Shown: positions 9,299 through 19,785, numbered from the stretch's first letter. The stretch: DNA of 64,000 nt from Micromonosporaceae bacterium (GCA_035263025.1 DATFRR010000010.1:10456-74455); one strand, 5' to 3'. The notes: generated by a model not told the origin, from the sequence alone. Translations and numbers: made by a program.

Positions 9299-10363
9299 AT
9301 GTCTGGAACTGCGATCGCGCCCAACGAATCTGCCGCAACGACGACCGCGGCCTATCGTGCCGCGGTGGTGCACGACTTCGGTGCACAGCTTCGGCTCGAA
9401 CGGCTGCCGATGCGCCCGCTCGAGCCCGGACAGGTTCGGGTCAAGGTCGAGGCGTGCGGGCTGTGTCACACGGATATCCACGCGGCACACGGCGACTGGC
9501 CGGTAAAGCCGGCGCCGCCGTTCGTCCCGGGACACGAGGGTGTCGGGATTGTCACCGAGCTAGGTCCGGGAGTCAGTGAGATCTCGGTCGGTGAACGGGT
9601 TGCCCTACCCTGGCTCGGTTACGCCTGTGGCACGTGTGATTACTGCAGTTCCGGTTGGGAGACGCTGTGCCTGAACCAGAAGAACACCGGCTATAGCGTT
9701 GATGGTGGATTCGGCGAATACGTCATGGGATACGCGAAATACGTGGTCAGGGTGCCGGACGGGATCGATCCGCTCGACGCGGCGCCGTTGACGTGTGCGG
9801 GAGTCACGACGTACAAGGCGGTCAAGCTCGGTGGCACGCACGCCGGTGATCTCGTCGCGGTGTTCGGTGTCGGCGGTCTCGGACATCTCGCCATCCAGTA
9901 CGCGAACATCGAGGGCGGCCGCGTCATCGCAGTCGATATCACCGACGAGAAACTGCAGCTGGCTCGCGATCTTGGAGCGGAGTTCGCGGTCAACGCCGCC
10001 CGTGACGATCCGGTCAAGGCGATCCAGGAACTCGGTGGCGCACACCAGGCGATCGCGACCGCGGTGTCACCGCGGGGATTCGAGCAGGCCTACCAGTCGC
10101 TGCGTCGCGGCGGCACGCTCGTCCTTGTCGGGCTCCCGGCCGAAAACGAGATCGACCTGCCGATCTTCGAAACGGTCATCAACGGCACGAACATCGTTGG
10201 CTCGATCGTCGGCACCCGTGCCGACCTGCGTCGGGTCTTCGACCTGCATGCCGCGGGCCGGACGCGCGTCATCCGCGAGACGCGGCCGCTCGATGAAGTC
10301 AACACCGCCATCGCGGACATCGAGGCCGGCAGGGTCGCCGCACGAATCGTGTTCGAGCTGTAA
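9299..10363 (+). CDS. adhP: Zn-dependent alcohol dehydrogenase, AdhP type
   Basis: Motifs are CGLCHTDIH, GHEGVGIV, CGTCDYCSSGWETLC, CAGVTTYKA and VFGVGGLGHLAIQYA. It is collinear with E. coli AdhP as I remember it. The start is ATG 9299 after GGGAGGA; the N-terminal extension of the track ORF (from 8816) is rejected. Confidence 0.9.
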   Translation: MSGTAIAPNESAATTTAAYRAAVVHDFGAQLRLERLPMRPLEPGQVRVKVEACGLCHTDIHAAHGDWPVKPAPPFVPGHEGVGIVTELGPGVSEISVGERVALPWLGYACGTCDYCSSGWETLCLNQKNTGYSVDGGFGEYVMGYAKYVVRVPDGIDPLDAAPLTCAGVTTYKAVKLGGTHAGDLVAVFGVGGLGHLAIQYANIEGGRVIAVDITDEKLQLARDLGAEFAVNAARDDPVKAIQELGGAHQAIATAVSPRGFEQAYQSLRRGGTLVLVGLPAENEIDLPIFETVINGTNIVGSIVGTRADLRRVFDLHAAGRTRVIRETRPLDEVNTAIADIEAGRVAARIVFEL

Positions 10364-10367
10364 CGCG

Positions 10368-12185
10368 ATGTTCGACCCAGACCCGCCCTTCCGACCGATC
10401 CGCACCCGAGACGGATATCTGCCGCTGGAAGATCTCGGCCTGATCGGGGACGGCGAGACCGCCGCGCTGGTCGGCTTGGACGGCAGCATCCCATGGATGT
10501 GCCTGCCGCGGTTCGACTCTGAGCCGGTGTTCTGCGGCTTGCTCGACCACGCCATCGGCGGGCACTTCACGATCGCCCCGACCGATCCGGTGACCGCGCG
10601 ACAGCGGTACGAGCCCGACACCGCAGTGCTGATAACCGAAATACAGAGCGCAACCGGACTCGTACGACTGACCGACGCGTTTGCCCTGCGTCCCGGGGCG
10701 GATCTCACCGATGACTCGTCGGCCGACCGTGCGGAACTCATTCGGTCGGCGACCGTCCTCGATGGACACGTCGAGCTCGTCGTCGATGTGCAACCGCGCG
10801 GTGGCGCCTCCATTCGCGCCGCCGCGGGGGGAATGCAGATTCTCGTGTCGCGGCGCCCTGAGCTCACCGTCCACCTGCGGTCGAGCCGGCCTCTTGACGG
10901 TCTGCGCACCGTGCACACGCTCGGTGCCGGGGACCGGCTTGACGTGGTCCTGTCATGGTCGAGCCCACACCGCCATCACCGGTTCAACACCGACGAGATG
11001 CTGGGCGCGACGGCAGACGCATGGCGGCGGTGGATGACCGGATTCGAGTACGACGGCCTCGAGCAGCCGCTCGTACGCCGTGCCGCCATCACGCTCAAGC
11101 TCTGTGACCACTGGCAGCACGGTTCGCTCGTCGCCGCACCGTCCTCGTCCCTGCCGGCACCCATCGGCGGCGTACGCAACTGGGACTACCGCTACAGCTG
11201 GGTACGTGACGCCGCCTACTCGGTCTACGCGCTGCGACGCATCGGATTCCGCGGTGAGGCCAACGCATATCTCGGTTGGGTTCTCGACGCCTTCGAGCAT
11301 GGGCCGCCGCCACGCATCATGTATGCCGTCGATGGTGCGCAGGTGCCCGACGAATGGCAGGACAGCGAACTCGAGGGGTACCGCCGGTCGGCGCCGGCTC
11401 GCTGGGGCAACGGTGCGGCCGACCAGCGCCAGCACGACCTATATGGCGAGGTCGTCGACTGCGCGTACCAGTGGGTCGGCGGCGGCGGAACCATCGAAGG
11501 GCACCTCTGGCGGGGACTTGCCGCGCTGGCGGACAGCGCCGCGCATGCTTGGCACGACCCGGACCAGGGCATCTGGGAAGTGCGCAGCGACGGTCGTGCG
11601 TTCACGTATTCGGCTGGCATGTGCCACGTCGCGCTCGACCGCGCGGTCCGCATCGCCGAGCGCCTCGCCCTGCCTGGCGATACGGCCGCATGGCGTGCCG
11701 CAGCCGAACGCATTCGTCACGCGGTTGTGGAGGAGGCGTGGAACGAGGACGCCCACACCATCAGCGAACACCTCGACGGTGACGGCCTCCTCGATGCGAG
11801 TCTGCTCGCCCTGCCGCTGCGGCGCGTCATCCCGGCCGACCACCCGCGGATGGTGGCCACCGCGAACGCAGTTGCCGACCGGTTGTCTGCCGGTGATGGA
11901 CTGCTCTATCGGTACCTCCACAAGGAGTCCCCGGACGGCATCGTCGGCGACGAGGGCGCGTTCTTGCTGTGCAGCTTCTGGCTCGTCGAGAATCTGGCCC
12001 GGCAACAGCGCCTCGATGCGGCGGCCGAACTTTACGAATCACTGTGCGCTCGCTCGAGCTCTCTCGGCCTCTTCCCGGAACAGATCGATCCGGCGACCGG
12101 CGAGTTCATCGGCAACTTCCCGCAGGCGTTCAGCCATATAGGTGTGATCTCCAGCGGAGTGAACCTGACATCCCTCACGCGCTAG
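10368..12185 (+). CDS. Glycoside hydrolase family 15 (glucoamylase/trehalase-like), cytoplasmic
   Basis: The sequence reads YLPLEDLGLIGDGETAALVGLDGSIPWMCLPRFDSEPVF...NWDYRYSWVRDAAYS...FLLCSFWLV...FPQAFSHIG, the classic GH15 blocks. The start is ATG 10368, 5 nt after the adhP stop. Confidence 0.9.
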   Translation: MFDPDPPFRPIRTRDGYLPLEDLGLIGDGETAALVGLDGSIPWMCLPRFDSEPVFCGLLDHAIGGHFTIAPTDPVTARQRYEPDTAVLITEIQSATGLVRLTDAFALRPGADLTDDSSADRAELIRSATVLDGHVELVVDVQPRGGASIRAAAGGMQILVSRRPELTVHLRSSRPLDGLRTVHTLGAGDRLDVVLSWSSPHRHHRFNTDEMLGATADAWRRWMTGFEYDGLEQPLVRRAAITLKLCDHWQHGSLVAAPSSSLPAPIGGVRNWDYRYSWVRDAAYSVYALRRIGFRGEANAYLGWVLDAFEHGPPPRIMYAVDGAQVPDEWQDSELEGYRRSAPARWGNGAADQRQHDLYGEVVDCAYQWVGGGGTIEGHLWRGLAALADSAAHAWHDPDQGIWEVRSDGRAFTYSAGMCHVALDRAVRIAERLALPGDTAAWRAAAERIRHAVVEEAWNEDAHTISEHLDGDGLLDASLLALPLRRVIPADHPRMVATANAVADRLSAGDGLLYRYLHKESPDGIVGDEGAFLLCSFWLVENLARQQRLDAAAELYESLCARSSSLGLFPEQIDPATGEFIGNFPQAFSHIGVISSGVNLTSLTR

Positions 12186-12268
12186 CGACCCTTGGTGGCC
12201 CGGGCAGAAATCGGTGGTCGCGGTCCGGGTCAGCGCGCGAACATGGTCGCCATGGCGGGGGACTGGGA

Positions 12269-13372
12269 ATGAGGTTGCCGCTGCAGGGCGGCCTGCCGCC
12301 GGCGGCCGCCATGGCGGGCACGGTGGTGGAGATCGCCTGCGACGAGTCCGGGTTCTCCGGCAGCAACCTGCTCGATCCGGCGACGCCAGTCATTACGCAC
12401 GCGAGCGTCGATCTGTCCATCGACGAGGCACGTGCGTTGATCACGACACTGCGGTCTGGGTTCCGCTGCTCGCCGAACGAGTTCAAGTCCGGGCAGTTCC
12501 TCCGCAGTGCAACGGCAGCTGAAGCATTGGAGTGGTTCCTCAGTGCGCTCGGCGGCCGGGCGCACGTGCACCTCGTCGACAAGGAGTATTTCCTGGTCAC
12601 CAGGATTGTCGACCTGTTGCTGGCTGAGCCGTCCTACGCAGCGGGTACGCGGCTGACCCTCGATCGCCGTCCGGCCGCTCTCGCCCTCTACCGGGCCGGG
12701 CGGACGGCCGGTTGCGACTGGGCCATGTTCCTCGCGACCTTCGTCGAGATGGTACGGCTCAAACGGCGGCATCAACCGGATCAGCAGGTCTTCGAGCGGT
12801 TCTTCGAGGAACGGGAAGCACTGGTGCGAGGCGGGCTCGGCACGCCTGCCGAGGAAGTCCTTGGCGCGCTTAGCCGTGCCCGGGTGTGGGCCGTCCTGAC
12901 CCGGCTGAGTGACAACGACCGGTCGATCCCGCCACCACTGGAGCCGATGCTGCCGGCGCTGGCCGAGACCGTCCTCTTCTGGAGCGGCGGACACCGGCAA
13001 GTCTTGGTGATCCACGACGAGCAGAGTGCCCTGACGGCGGGCCGGTTGCGCCGTCTCCAGCAGGTGTTGGCCGACGGACCCGGGTCGTTGCTGGCGGTCG
13101 CCGACGAGTCGCCAGCGGGTGCCGACGAGGATGCGACGTTGCCGACCGGTGCCGACCTGGCCCTGGTGTCGACGGCGGGCGCCAACCAGGCGGCGTTGGC
13201 CGCCAGTTTGTCGCCGCTTGCTGGGTTGGTAACCGTCGACTCCCGGGACGATCCGCGGGTCCAGGTCGCCGACCTCCTCGCCGGGATGGCGCGGCGATTG
13301 CCCGGAACGGTCGACGACGGCCCACTCCAACCGTTCGTGTCCCCGACCTCGCTGCGCGACCGCCAGCCATGA
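12269..13372 (+). CDS. DUF3800-like protein
   Basis: An N-terminal ACDESGFSG motif and a C-terminal VDSRDDPRVQVADLLAG motif match the two conserved blocks of DUF3800. The start is uncertain: 12269 or 12311. Confidence 0.55.
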   Translation: MRLPLQGGLPPAAAMAGTVVEIACDESGFSGSNLLDPATPVITHASVDLSIDEARALITTLRSGFRCSPNEFKSGQFLRSATAAEALEWFLSALGGRAHVHLVDKEYFLVTRIVDLLLAEPSYAAGTRLTLDRRPAALALYRAGRTAGCDWAMFLATFVEMVRLKRRHQPDQQVFERFFEEREALVRGGLGTPAEEVLGALSRARVWAVLTRLSDNDRSIPPPLEPMLPALAETVLFWSGGHRQVLVIHDEQSALTAGRLRRLQQVLADGPGSLLAVADESPAGADEDATLPTGADLALVSTAGANQAALAASLSPLAGLVTVDSRDDPRVQVADLLAGMARRLPGTVDDGPLQPFVSPTSLRDRQP

Positions 13373-13541
13373 AGTCGCCGCTGTGCCGCGGACCGCGCGC
13401 AGGCGGCTGCCGTCGCCGACCGCACGCCTAACGGTGCAGTACGGTACGCGGTGTCCGGCCGTTCGCTTGGCTTGTTTCGGCTCGGTCGCACGGGTATGGA
13501 CCGATGGCGCCACATGTAATGCGCAGCGCGGAGGAGGACAC

Positions 13542-14936
13542 ATGGTGGACGTAGGTCATCCGACGGTTGCTCTCGTGGCCAAGGACCAAGACGTCGTGCT
13601 CGACCGGCTGTTGGATTACCTCCGGCAACCGAGCGAGAGCGCGACGGGGCACGGGTTCCCGGACGCAACCGATCGGGCGGTGACCGAGATGCGTCTCGCC
13701 GGTCTGACGCCAGAGGTGTTGTCCACTGATGGTCGTCCCGCCGTCGTCGGACGGCGGCCGGGTCCGCCCGGCACGCCGACGGTGCTGATCTACGGCCACT
13801 ACGACGTGCAGCCACCAGGGCCACGCGAGCTTTGGCGCACCGACCCGTATTCGCCGACGATCGCCGGCGGGCGGATCTGGTGCCGCGGCGCCGCCGACAA
13901 CAAGGGCCAGCACTTCGCGCACCTGCAGGCGCTTCGTCTGTTGGTCGAGCGCGACGCGACGTACCCATGCTCGGTCATCATGTTGCTCGACGGCGAGGAG
14001 GAGGTCGGCAGTCCCCACCTGGCCGACCTCGTGCGAGGGCATCGCGACCGGCTCGCGTGCGATGTGGTGATCTGGAGCGACGGACCGGTCCACGACTCCG
14101 GCCAGTGGTGCATCCTGCACGGCGTACGCGGCGTTCTGGGCGTACGCATCGACGCCCACGGCGCGAATCGTGCGCTGCACTCGGGTCACTTCGGCAACGT
14201 CGCACCGAATCCCGCGGTCACCCTCGTCAACGCGTTGGCATCGCTGCGAAGCGACGACGGATCTGTGTCGATCGACGGATTCTATGACGGCGTGGAGCCG
14301 ATCCCCGACGAGGCGGCGGCCGCGTTCGAACGGCTGCCGACTGATCTTGATGCGGTGCTGGCCGACATCGGGTTGGAGGCGATGGATCCCAGCTATCGCA
14401 ACCTCAGCTACTTCGAGCGCCTGGCGAGCATCCCGACGCTGACCATCAACGGAATCACCACCGGCGATCTGAACCGCACGATCATTCCGCACACGGCCAG
14501 TGCGCGGCTGGACGTACGACTCGTGGCCGGTCAAAGCCCCGAGCGCGTGTTCGCGGCGATCGAGTCGCATCTCGGCCGCCACGCTCCGTCGGTGACGGTG
14601 ACACGTGAGATGGCCGTGCCTCCGTCACGTACGCCGCTGACCAACCCGTACACGCCCGTCATCTCCGCGGCGATTCAGGACGTCACTGGCGAGGCGCCGC
14701 TGCTGGTACCCAGCTACGGCGGCACGCTGCCGGACTACGTCTGGACCCAGCTGCTTGGCGTCGCGAGCCTCGGGATTCCGATCGGCAATCCCGACGAGGC
14801 CAACCACGCCCCGAACGAGAACCTCGAGATCCGGCGCTACCTGACTGGCATCGCCATGTCGATGACCATACTGCGCGCCATCGGCACCGGCGTGGCTGAC
14901 CCATCGGACCACTCAAGTGGGGTGCACGACCGGTAA
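13542..14936 (+). CDS. M20/M25/M40 family metallopeptidase (dipeptidase-like)
   Basis: Motifs are VLIYGHYDVQP, RGAADNKG, DGEEEVGS and ANHAPNENL. An RBS GGAGGAGGA precedes ATG 13542. Confidence 0.85.
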   Translation: MVDVGHPTVALVAKDQDVVLDRLLDYLRQPSESATGHGFPDATDRAVTEMRLAGLTPEVLSTDGRPAVVGRRPGPPGTPTVLIYGHYDVQPPGPRELWRTDPYSPTIAGGRIWCRGAADNKGQHFAHLQALRLLVERDATYPCSVIMLLDGEEEVGSPHLADLVRGHRDRLACDVVIWSDGPVHDSGQWCILHGVRGVLGVRIDAHGANRALHSGHFGNVAPNPAVTLVNALASLRSDDGSVSIDGFYDGVEPIPDEAAAAFERLPTDLDAVLADIGLEAMDPSYRNLSYFERLASIPTLTINGITTGDLNRTIIPHTASARLDVRLVAGQSPERVFAAIESHLGRHAPSVTVTREMAVPPSRTPLTNPYTPVISAAIQDVTGEAPLLVPSYGGTLPDYVWTQLLGVASLGIPIGNPDEANHAPNENLEIRRYLTGIAMSMTILRAIGTGVADPSDHSSGVHDR

Positions 14937-15252
14937 TCATCGCCGTGAGCAGCGCACATCTGCCGCCTCTACGCTCTACATTGGACAGTGCAACCAGATT
15001 GTACGGGTTGCGGAAACGGGCCATCAGACATCGAAGTACTTGACACTATGAGTATTGCGAACTAAAGCTGAATACGGCCGAGTTGACTGAGTTGTCCCCC
15101 GGAAGTTCAACCGGAGAGAGACGAGAGGCGCCCGAGTAGAGCTCTTGCGCGGCCGTGATGGCCCGGCGCGAGACGTGGACCGGCGCGTGTTGGCACGAGC
15201 GCGGTCCAGCCGCCCTGCCTTTCTCGTCTGCACTGACCGAGGAGGTCATGTC

Positions 15253-17733
15253 GTGTTCGGAGCAGTCCATGTCAGACGTTTCATCGGTCGCAGCGCGGTG
15301 ATCGCCGCCGTCGTTGCGACGGTTGGGATCGGCGTGCCCGGCAGCGTTGCGGCCGGCAGCAACGTTGCTGCCGGCAGTGCCGCTGCGGTGAGTCCACTCG
15401 TGGCACCGTGGCTACAGCCCGGTAAGCCGGTGTCCGCACGGGTCGCCGCCCTCATGAAGGCGATGACGCTGGAGGAGAAGGTCGGCCAGATGGACCAGCA
15501 GCTGGTGACGACGCTGACCGACACCGACGGAACGCGCTGCGGCGACAACGGATTCAACATGCCGAACGCCGTCTGCATGCAGAAGGTCCTGATCGACCAG
15601 CATGTCGGTTCGGTGCTCGCCGGCGGCACGAACAACCCGATCGATACCACCGGCCAAGGCGGACCCGGCAACACGGGGCTGGACTGGGCTAACGAGTACA
15701 ACTCGATCCAACAGTTCGCCATCGCGAATTCGCGGTTGCACATTCCGCTGGTCTTTGGCGTCGACGCCGTACACGGATTTGGCCACCCGTGGCAGGCGCC
15801 GCTGTTCCCGCAGTCGATCGGGATGGGCGCAACGTGGGATCCCACGCTTGCCCAGGCGGGCGGCACCATGACCGCGGATGCGCTGCGGGCGACCGGGTGG
15901 AACTGGGACTTCGCACCCGTACAGGATCTGGCGCGGGACAACCGATGGGGTCGTACGTATGAGACGTGGGCCGAGGAGCCGGCGCTTTCGGCCGCGATGG
16001 GAGCGGCTAACGTCACCGGGCTGCAGGCCAGCACGAGCGGTGGTGGCCTCCAGGTCGCGGCAACCGTCAAGCACTTCGCCGGATATTCGCAATCGGTCAA
16101 CGGCCACGATCGCAACGAAGCACTGCTGCCGCTGAACTACCTCCAGAGCATGATCCTGCCGTCCTACGACGGTGCGATCAACGCGGGCGCCCAAGCCGTG
16201 ATGGTGGACTCCGGGTCGATCAACGGAGTTCCGGCCACCGCGTCGCACTACTTGCTGACCGACATTCTGCGCAAGCAGATGGGGTTCCAGGGCGTCGTGG
16301 TCAGCGACTACCAGGACGTACCAGCGCTGCAGACCGCGTACCACATCACTGGCGACCTGGCCGGCGCGATCGCCGACGCGGTTAACGCCGGCGTCGACAT
16401 GAGCATGGAGGTGTTCGGCCCCGACCAATGGCAGAGCGCGATTCTGCAGGATGTCGGGACCGGCAAGATTTCCCGTGCACGCATCGACGAGGCGGTCCGT
16501 CGGATCCTGACGATGAAGTTCGAGCTCGGTCTCTTCGACCAGCCGTGCGTGAGCGATCCGAGCAAGCCGTGTGTGGATGCGAGCGCGGCCGACGCGGCGG
16601 TGACCGCTGGTCGCGATCAGACACTCAAGGCGGCACAGGAGTCGATCACCTTGCTGCGGAACGATGGCGGAGTGCTGCCGTTGCCGTCGACGAGCAAAGT
16701 CGTGGTCACCGGCCCGAGCGCGGACTCGATGACCAACCAACTCGGTGGCTGGAGTGTCAGTTGGCAAGGCGTCTTCGGCGCCGGACACGTGTGCTGCATG
16801 GGGCCGGCCGATCAGATCCCGCCGGGCACCACAGTGCTGCACGGCGTCCAAGCCGACGATCCAGCCGCCGTGTACGCGCCTGATCAGGCAACCGCGCTTG
16901 CCGACGCGGACTCCGCTGACGCGTACGTCGTTGCGGTGGGCGAGAAGGCGTACGCCGAAGGCCTGGGTGACAATCCCGCACCCGCACTGCCTGCCGACCA
17001 GCAGGCGCTGATATCGGCGCTCAAGGCCACCGGCAAGCCAGTAATTGTGGTTGTTATCGCGGGTCGGCCGATCGGCCTCGGTCCAGCAAAGACCGCGAAG
17101 GCCATCGTGATGGCATATCAAGGCAGCACGGAAGCCGGACAAGCGGTCGCCGATGTGTTGTTCGGCAAGACTGATCCGAGCGGCAAGCTGTCGGTGAGTT
17201 GGCCGTCCGACGCCGCGACGGTCGGTGGCGACTTCGACGGATCGGCGCCGTCGCCACTCGGCGATCAGCCCAAGGTCTTCGATCAATTGCCGGGTACGGG
17301 TTCGGGACAGGGACACGCCTACAACCCGCTCTACCCGTTCGGCTATGGGCTGTCCTACACCACGTTCCAGGCAGCCAATCTGTCGGTGACACCCCGGATT
17401 CCGCGCGGCGGCAACGCTTCTGTCACGTTCACGGTGACGAACACGGGCTCCCGGTCGGGCACCGACATCGTGCCGATTTACGTCGCACAGCCGGTCAGCG
17501 CCGTGGTCGTGCCGCCACAACGGCTGGTTGGTTTCACGCGAGTGACGCTCGACCCTGGTGAGTCAAAGGTGGTGCACGTGTCGTTCCCGGCATCTGCGCT
17601 GGCGGAAAGCAACGGCGACATCAACGCGGCCGGCCCGCCCACCGTGGAGCCCGGCAACTACATAGTCCAGCTCGATAAGAACGACACGACGCCGTACGAC
17701 GTCGATCTGTCCGCGTCGTTCACCATCTCATAA
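15253..17733 (+). CDS. Secreted glycoside hydrolase family 3 beta-glucosidase
   Basis: Motifs are LEEKVGQM, GVDAVHG, KHFAGYS, GVVVSDY and YPFGYGLSYT, with a C-terminal Fn3-like block PQRLVGFTRVTL. The signal peptide is RRFIGRSAVIAAVVATVGIGVPGSVAAG. The start is GTG 15253, 7 nt after GGAGG. Confidence 0.9.
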   Translation: MFGAVHVRRFIGRSAVIAAVVATVGIGVPGSVAAGSNVAAGSAAAVSPLVAPWLQPGKPVSARVAALMKAMTLEEKVGQMDQQLVTTLTDTDGTRCGDNGFNMPNAVCMQKVLIDQHVGSVLAGGTNNPIDTTGQGGPGNTGLDWANEYNSIQQFAIANSRLHIPLVFGVDAVHGFGHPWQAPLFPQSIGMGATWDPTLAQAGGTMTADALRATGWNWDFAPVQDLARDNRWGRTYETWAEEPALSAAMGAANVTGLQASTSGGGLQVAATVKHFAGYSQSVNGHDRNEALLPLNYLQSMILPSYDGAINAGAQAVMVDSGSINGVPATASHYLLTDILRKQMGFQGVVVSDYQDVPALQTAYHITGDLAGAIADAVNAGVDMSMEVFGPDQWQSAILQDVGTGKISRARIDEAVRRILTMKFELGLFDQPCVSDPSKPCVDASAADAAVTAGRDQTLKAAQESITLLRNDGGVLPLPSTSKVVVTGPSADSMTNQLGGWSVSWQGVFGAGHVCCMGPADQIPPGTTVLHGVQADDPAAVYAPDQATALADADSADAYVVAVGEKAYAEGLGDNPAPALPADQQALISALKATGKPVIVVVIAGRPIGLGPAKTAKAIVMAYQGSTEAGQAVADVLFGKTDPSGKLSVSWPSDAATVGGDFDGSAPSPLGDQPKVFDQLPGTGSGQGHAYNPLYPFGYGLSYTTFQAANLSVTPRIPRGGNASVTFTVTNTGSRSGTDIVPIYVAQPVSAVVVPPQRLVGFTRVTLDPGESKVVHVSFPASALAESNGDINAAGPPTVEPGNYIVQLDKNDTTPYDVDLSASFTIS

Positions 17734-17758
17734 CAGCCGAACCAGCACGAGATAATCA

Positions 17759-17798
17759 GGTCGTGTCAGCGCATCCGTGGGAGCGCGCTGACACGACC
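17759..17798. terminator. Perfect 14-bp hairpin between convergent genes (bidirectional terminator candidate)
   Basis: GGTCGTGTCAGCGC (17759-17772), a 12-nt loop, then GCGCTGACACGACC (17785-17798). It lies between the GH3 stop (17733) and the kinase stop (17808). Confidence 0.6.
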
Positions 17799-17807
17799 TG
17801 ACTCGGC

Positions 17808-19016
17808 TTAGCTCACGGGTGACGCTGGGGCGAGAGCGTTTGCGCGTCGCGGTAAGCGGACGCTGATGTCAAGCCCACCAGTTGGTACGGCAACCGCGTC
17901 CACCGTGCCGCCGTGCACCGACGCAATCGAGGAGACGAGGGCAAGACCGAGTCCGAAGCCGTCGTGGCGCACGCGATCGTCAAGCCGGGTGAACGGCAGG
18001 AACAAGTGGTCGACCTTGTCGGCGGGGATGACCGTTCCAGTGTTGACCACGCGGAGCACAGATGTGGTGCCATGAGTTGTCGTCGAGATTTCGATGGTGC
18101 CGCCTGTGGTGTTGTAGCGCTCAGCGTTGTCGAGCAGGTTGTTCACCAATCCTTCGAGAAGCACGGCGTCGCCCGTCACCGGAGCCGTGTCGAGGTTGGT
18201 GATCGTGGTGATGCCGTCGGCGGTACGTCCGTCGAGCGCGTCCTCGGCAACGGCCGCGAGGTCCAGCGGGTCGGTGAGGGCGCGTGCCTGTTCGTTGCGC
18301 GCGAGCATCAGAAGCGCGTCGATCAGCCGACCGGCGCGTTGGGTGGCTTGGCGGATTTCGGCGGTCATCGACAACAACTCGTCGCGGGTGGGCTGCGGCT
18401 TGGCGAGAACGACATCCGTCGCGGTCCGCATCACGGTCAGCGGCGTGCGCAGCTCGTGGCTCGCGTTGGCAATGAATTGCCGCTGGCTGGTGAACGCTCG
18501 GTCGAGGCGTTCCAGCATGAGGTCGAAGGTGTCGGCCAGCTCACGAAGCTCGTCGTGCGGTCCCTGCAGCGCGAGGCGCTGGGAGAGGTTTTGTTCGCTT
18601 GCCGTCCGAGCCGCCGCGGTCAGCCGGCGCACCGGCCGCAGGATGCGCCCGGCCACCATCCATCCCACCACCGCGGCCAGCAGGATCACGCAGCCGAGGC
18701 CGAGCAGCGAGTAGGCCAGCAAGTGGTTGAGTGTGGTAGCGCGCTGTGCCGAAGCACCGGCTAGGACTCCGCTGGCATATATGTCTGTGCATTTCGTTTC
18801 GGCAAGCGCGACCGAGTCACTACCCGCGTTCTGCGCCGCTGCGACGCATCGCGCGATCGCGTCCTGGAGTGGCGCCGGTGGCGTGGTAGTGATGGTGCCA
18901 CGCAACGCGTGCGCGACCAGAAGATAGGTGATCAACACCAGCGCGCCGCCGCCCGCTGCGAACAATGACGTGTAGAGCAGCGTCAGTCGCGATCGGGCGC
19001 TGAGGTGGCGCCTCAT
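17808..19016 (-). CDS. Sensor histidine kinase (two TM, HAMP, HisKA, HATPase)
   Basis: The H-box is ASHELRTPLT, the N-box is LLDNAERYN and the G-boxes are DGFGLGLALV. The start is ATG 19016, overlapping the regulator stop as ATGA; the Arg-rich extension to 19190 is rejected. Confidence 0.85.
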   Translation of the reverse strand: MRRHLSARSRLTLLYTSLFAAGGGALVLITYLLVAHALRGTITTTPPAPLQDAIARCVAAAQNAGSDSVALAETKCTDIYASGVLAGASAQRATTLNHLLAYSLLGLGCVILLAAVVGWMVAGRILRPVRRLTAAARTASEQNLSQRLALQGPHDELRELADTFDLMLERLDRAFTSQRQFIANASHELRTPLTVMRTATDVVLAKPQPTRDELLSMTAEIRQATQRAGRLIDALLMLARNEQARALTDPLDLAAVAEDALDGRTADGITTITNLDTAPVTGDAVLLEGLVNNLLDNAERYNTTGGTIEISTTTHGTTSVLRVVNTGTVIPADKVDHLFLPFTRLDDRVRHDGFGLGLALVSSIASVHGGTVDAVAVPTGGLDISVRLPRRANALAPASPVS

Positions 19017-19708
19017 AGCCGGTAGCCAACGCCGATGACGGTCTCGATCAGCGGCGGGTCGCCGAGCTTGCGCCGCAGGCGACCGACGGTCACCACAACC
19101 GTATTGCTGAACGGGTCGGCATGCGCGTCCCACACGTGTTCCAGCAGTTCCTCGGCGCTGACCGCGGCGCCGTCGGCGTCGGCCAGGCACTCGAGCACGC
19201 CGAACTCCTTGCGGGTCAGCGTCAGCGGGACGCCCGCACGGCTCGCGCGATGTCGTGCCCGATCGATGACCAGATCACCGCGCTGCACGACCGCGGGTGA
19301 GCCTGGGCCGCGCCGGCCGAGAGCGCGGATCCGGGCGATCAGCTCGGTGAAGGCGAACGGCTTGCCGAGGTAGTCGTCGGCACCCATCTCCAAACCGTCG
19401 ACGCGGTCCTCGACATCGGTGGCGGCGGTGAGCATCAGGATGCGGCTTGGCGACCCGTCACGGACGAGGCGACGACAGACCCGATCGCCGTGCACGTTCG
19501 GCAGATCGCGATCGAGCACGACTACGTCGTAGTCGGTCCCGATGGTGGTGTCCAGGGCCGCCTGGCCGTCGTGGACCACGTCGACGGCGAAGCCGGCGTC
19601 GCGCAAGCCCTCGCCGATTCGATTGGCCAGTGCAACGTGATCTTCGACAACAAGAACCCGCACGCCCACATTCTGCGCCAGCGCGGATGACATTCGCCTA
19701 ACAGTCAT
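19013..19708 (-). CDS. OmpR/PhoB-family response regulator
   Basis: The receiver reads VLVVEDH...VVLDRDLP...LMLTA...GADDYLGKPF. The winged helix reads LTRKEFGVLECL...IETVIGVGYRL. Confidence 0.9.
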   Translation of the reverse strand: MTVRRMSSALAQNVGVRVLVVEDHVALANRIGEGLRDAGFAVDVVHDGQAALDTTIGTDYDVVVLDRDLPNVHGDRVCRRLVRDGSPSRILMLTAATDVEDRVDGLEMGADDYLGKPFAFTELIARIRALGRRGPGSPAVVQRGDLVIDRARHRASRAGVPLTLTRKEFGVLECLADADGAAVSAEELLEHVWDAHADPFSNTVVVTVGRLRRKLGDPPLIETVIGVGYRL

Positions 19709-19785
19709 CGTTCGGCTCGTGTCACGGACACCTTGCTAGACCGGCAGTAGCTACGTCGGACGCACCACGTCAAAACGGAGAAGTC

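Noticed and set aside
9795-10367. N-terminal 191-aa extension of the GH15 ORF in the track
   Set aside because: It lies entirely inside adhP in another frame and is Ser/Arg-rich. GH15 similarity starts at MFDPDPPF (10368).
12781-13968. 395-aa and 437-aa minus-strand ORFs spanning the DUF3800 and M20 genes
   Set aside because: They cross the boundary of two independently supported plus-strand genes, and their composition is Arg/Pro/Ala shadow type.
15040-15068. TTGACA followed 17 nt later by TAAAGC in the AT-richer 316-nt region upstream of the GH3 gene, with weak palindromes nearby
   Set aside because: The -10 candidate lacks the invariant final T. The palindromes (TACA-N19-TGTA; GTTGAC...GTTCAAC) are imperfect and match no operator consensus I know.
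15412-17520. 702-aa antisense ORF across the GH3 gene
   Set aside because: It has no recognisable motifs and is Arg-rich. The sense strand encodes a complete GH3 with all family blocks.
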